Position numbers and translations under genes: made by a program. A DNA stretch of 53,351 nucleotides, counting the filler, from Sphacelaria rigidula (lineage: Eukaryota): NCBI GenBank assembly GCA_964200075.2. It is 4 parts of 4 records of this genome, joined end to end, with 100 filler letters (N's around TTAATTAATTAA, not from the genome) between each part and the next. Parts side by side here need not be neighbours in the genome. Positions count along the whole stretch, not along the records: positions 40,091 to 53,351 come from CAXNAA020003019.1; 3 more parts are not named here. One strand, given 5' to 3'. Under the pieces are notes generated by a model. That model saw nothing but the letters and a program-made list of their open reading frames with translations. It was not told the DNA's origin and did no database searches. Shown here in pieces: positions 50,012-53,351 of this stretch (within the stretch, counting starts at the first letter, position 1; the number at the start of each line of letters is the position of its first letter).

Positions 50012-51704
50012 ATCTCGTGGTCCTCGAAGCTAGTTTGCTGAGAACACGATAAGAATACCCTTGAACTTTCATGCCCTGCTTTTGTGCACGGGAGTGCATC
50101 GTAGTTTTCGAGGCCCTGTTTTTTGTTGCTCTTGCCTGAGCCATCCTAAGTGTAGCTCTAATGGTGTCGTCGTCGGTGTCTTGTCTTGCGAGTAGAGAGG
50201 AGCACGCCCCTGACCAGATTTCGCATTTGACAGCGTTTTATGGCGAATGGGTAGCATGGATTTTTCACGACACTGTGTACTTGCATGAGCCAGTGGCCGT
50301 TGGCCAATTTTCTGCCTTGCAAAGAGGGGTGCTCTATTCTCGTACGCAGTGGAGAATTCTCGTATTGGTTATCTGGGTCGGGCGGGTTGTGGATGAGTGG
50401 GGTGGGGACGGTACTGTCGGCGTGCGTGGGTAGGGGTGAGTTTTGCGCAGGGGCAAAACCGACCAACCATGACGTTGATGAGCAGTGCTGAAGTGAAACC
50501 CGTCGTTATCTTCAGATCTCCTGTGTATAAATTCCATGTGTTCTGCCGGTAAATTTACCGGACCAACTGACCGTAAGGTGGGGTTCGCCTTTCGACTTGG
50601 CACGTCCCATCGTGAATGTGAAGGACAATAATGGTTCGTGAGTTGTTTCATCACTTCGGTAGTGGGCAAACATCGACCGAGTCCAGGTCGAAAGACATCT
50701 ATTAGCGTGTAACGGGGCAGGTATGTCATTGTCGTGCCCAAAGCTGAATTGGCGGCTTGAAAGAAAGCAACCGGCATGCAGAAACGTTCTCGATGTCGGA
50801 GTATGTGTTCGCGCGATGATATCAAGTGGAGTCCTGCCGTAGAGTACAATCTAGATTCGGGCACGTTTCTCTGTTGTGATTTGAGGATGAAAGAAAAGAT
50901 GGGCACCCCGAAACCACCACGCGGCAACATAGGTCACCTCCGCGAGGAATCAGTTCAGATCGTTAGCGTTGGTCCCAGTTGCAAATCATGACACTGTTGT
51001 ACGACGATATGGCCCAAATTGGTGAATCCCTGACCTGTTGGTAATCGTGAACGCTGCTGTCAGACGTCAAGGTGAAGTGAAAACGAAGATTCACTGCCCC
51101 CGAACTACTTCCTCCCCCTTGCAGCGATGATTATCGCACGTGAGGACCCCCGATGTCACCCACGCGTACACTGACAAGAAATGTTTCCATGCGTTGAGGT
51201 CCTCAGAAGGATAAGACGTCATGATTCGCGGTAGGCAATGGAGAGAAGCAAGAGGTTGCAAGACCATTCCCAACGCAGCCGTCATCGATTGAGTTGTAGC
51301 AAGCGTGGTGATTCTTCAAAATTCCATCCATTTTGACGACGCAGGGCAGTTCTGAAGGGGTAGAATACGGTACGCTCCACTCTCCCCTTGTGACCCCACT
51401 TTGGTTGAACGCGATGCTTGCGTATACGGGACTGACCTGAGTCCTATCAACATGCTGTGTCTCCATTATTTGTCCTTTCTCACCAAATTGGGTAGAGCGC
51501 CATATTGAGGGGAAATTGGCATCGTCCCACCCTGCCTGTGCGTTTCAGGTGTTCGGCCTCTGCACAGCTAGAGCTTTTGCAACTTGAAAACACACAAGTG
51601 ACTAAGTTTCACGTATTTGGCCTTGACTCCGCATTTATTTGCTGTCAATCACCGTATGTGACAAGCGGTATCGCCCATCACATTACTAGCGAACCCTTGC
51701 TTAT

Positions 51705-51809
51705 CTGACCCCTGCATGGCGAGAGTAGGTCGTCTGTTGAATCGGCATCAGTTTCACTTGAAAAAATATATATTATCCCGATGGTCTACCCTCGCGGTCC
51801 AATGGTTAA
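51705..51809. mobile_element. About 105-bp MITE, piggyBac-like (copy 3)
   Basis: Ends CTACCCTCGCGGTCCAATGGTTAA; the body aligns with 1559-1667. Confidence 0.6.
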
Positions 51810-52039
51810 TGGTGGGTGCTCCTTCACAGACCCTATTCCGTAGTCATTCATCCAGTCAGTGAAGACTCGAGACAGACTCACCTCCAAGTCTAATTAACTC
51901 ATCAATTCAACGGGCTTCTCAAAAGTCCCCCCACTCTCCCAAAGCAAAATAATTGTACATCCCGGGCTGGTTCAGGGCGAACGACGGCAGTTTACTGCCC
52001 TGCAAATACTCACGCCGTTTTTGGAGTGGGACCCTTCAA

Positions 52040-52345
52040 TTTTGCATTCGGGTGGTCTGAGATGTTCACAAAGAATGGGGTCTTTCGATTTCTTCCGTTT
52101 TCGCCAGATATTTGGGGTCCCAGGAGGGGCAGTCATTTTGCAGACGGATGCTCTGAGACGTTCAGAAGGGCTGTCTGAGGGGGCCTTGGGGTTTTTCTCG
52201 TTTTTCGCCAGATAGATGTCCGGGGTCCCTGGAGAGGGAGTCTGACACCCCCTCCTGGGACCCCGGATATCTGGCGAAGAACGAAAAAAACAGAAGACCC
52301 CATTCGTACAGCCCTTTGAAATCTCAGAGCACCTGTATGCAAACT
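52040..52345. repeat. About 100-bp unit: two direct copies plus one inverted copy
   Basis: CGTTTTCGCCAGATA..GGGGTCCC.GGAG at about 52096 and about 52199; reverse complement at about 52250-52285. Confidence 0.7.
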
Positions 52346-52684
52346 TTCAGGCTCTAAGCGAGAGTGCCCAACAGAAACCTCCGAGACCCTATGTACCCCC
52401 GCCCCCCGCCCCTCCCCCCCCTCCATCGGTCGTAGGATTTCTTTCTTCTTCACATTAAGAAACATTCAACAAATACCATTTTTGGGCGACTTTGGTGAGG
52501 TAACGCTCATAACTGTTGGCCCTATCTGCCACCACAACATTGGACGCAAATTGGCGGTGCAGATAGATGCGTTTAGCTTGATTCAACAAGCATTGCAGAG
52601 CATTGTAGTATTTGTCTGGTCTTCTTGTTCTTGTCGTGGAAGTGTGATGTGCGATGTATCGCCAAAACTCATGAAATTAATTTC

Positions 52685-52915
52685 GCCCTGGGGAGTTTCG
52701 GGTGTCCGAACGGACACCGAAATTATTCCGAAATTGGTTTTTCACCAAGGACCCCAACATTTCGGTGATCGAAATCCAAATGTCTGCGGCGTGTAGCAGT
52801 TGTCAATAGCTATCAGTAGGTGAAGAAATGGAAGCATATTTCGAAGATTTGGTTTTTCCGGGTTTCTCATCCTCAATAAAAGATCCACCACCTCCAATTT
52901 ATAAGATCCTGTTGT
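52685..52915. mobile_element. Right half of the 442-bp foldback MITE
   Basis: Aligns with about 23185-23424. Confidence 0.75.
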
Positions 52916-53351
52916 GCTAAATGCAAGTTTGACCAAAAACGAAACCGTGACCTACGGAAAACGCGAAGGTGCTCTGGAACCGTCTCAGCGAGTAGCACAA
53001 GTCATTCCAAGATGTCGACATCCGCCTGGCCCTCTTTTCGGGGAAAAAACGACGGCGAAGGGCTTAACATGCACTTTTCAACAGGATTCATCTCTTCTTC
53101 TTCTTCTTGATCCATACGAAGCACAGTGCCTAAGTCCAAAATACGGCGTGAGCAATTGGCCGTTTTTGCGTTGAAGTACAGTCTACATATGTGCACGAAA
53201 AATACTTGATTATAGTATGCTACCGACGTTTTCATTGTGCGCTTGAGCTCAAATCGGCAATAATTATTGGGATCAGCTTTTCGAATTGCGGAACGGAATT
53301 AACAGCCGATTCTCGAAAATGGGGTTGAAAAACAAAATGAGGTTCAACTCA

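Noticed and set aside
50012..51700. Additional gene (198-aa minus ORF 50334..50930 and others)
   Set aside because: No motifs and no consistent splice chain; more likely the long 3' UTR of the RING-CH/FHA gene or intergenic DNA.

Overview
Eukaryotic, repeat-rich nuclear DNA, most likely from a brown alga (Phaeophyceae). This is inferred from an EsV-1-7-repeat gene, intron-rich gene structures and the LINE/SINE families. The window is four near-equal segments (13264, 13263, 13263 and 13261 bp) joined by artificial N44-TTAATTAATTAA-N44 linkers, so adjacency across linkers is not trustworthy. Most ORF-track entries are spurious. Genes built by hand from splice sites and phases: (1) an intact 11-exon, 667-aa (FHA-like)-RING-CH-FHA E3-ligase-like gene (41274-50011, +); (2) the 3' part of an EsV-1-7 cysteine-repeat gene (exons 16532-16636 and 17707-18427, +); (3) a phase-consistent 17-exon, about 624-codon gene of unrecognised family with short introns and three in-frame stops (34452-38824, +), probably a recent pseudogene or TE-borne gene. 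There is also a possible decayed USP-like protease remnant (about 29.6-29.9 kb, -). The rest is mostly transposon debris: LINE 3' ends, tRNA-derived SINEs, a solo LTR, several MITE families (442-bp foldback with 4-bp TSD, Stowaway-like, piggyBac-like, 1.1-kb TIR element), nested insertions with matching empty sites, and a 42-bp hairpin minisatellite. I found no CRISPR array, rRNA or intact tRNA gene.
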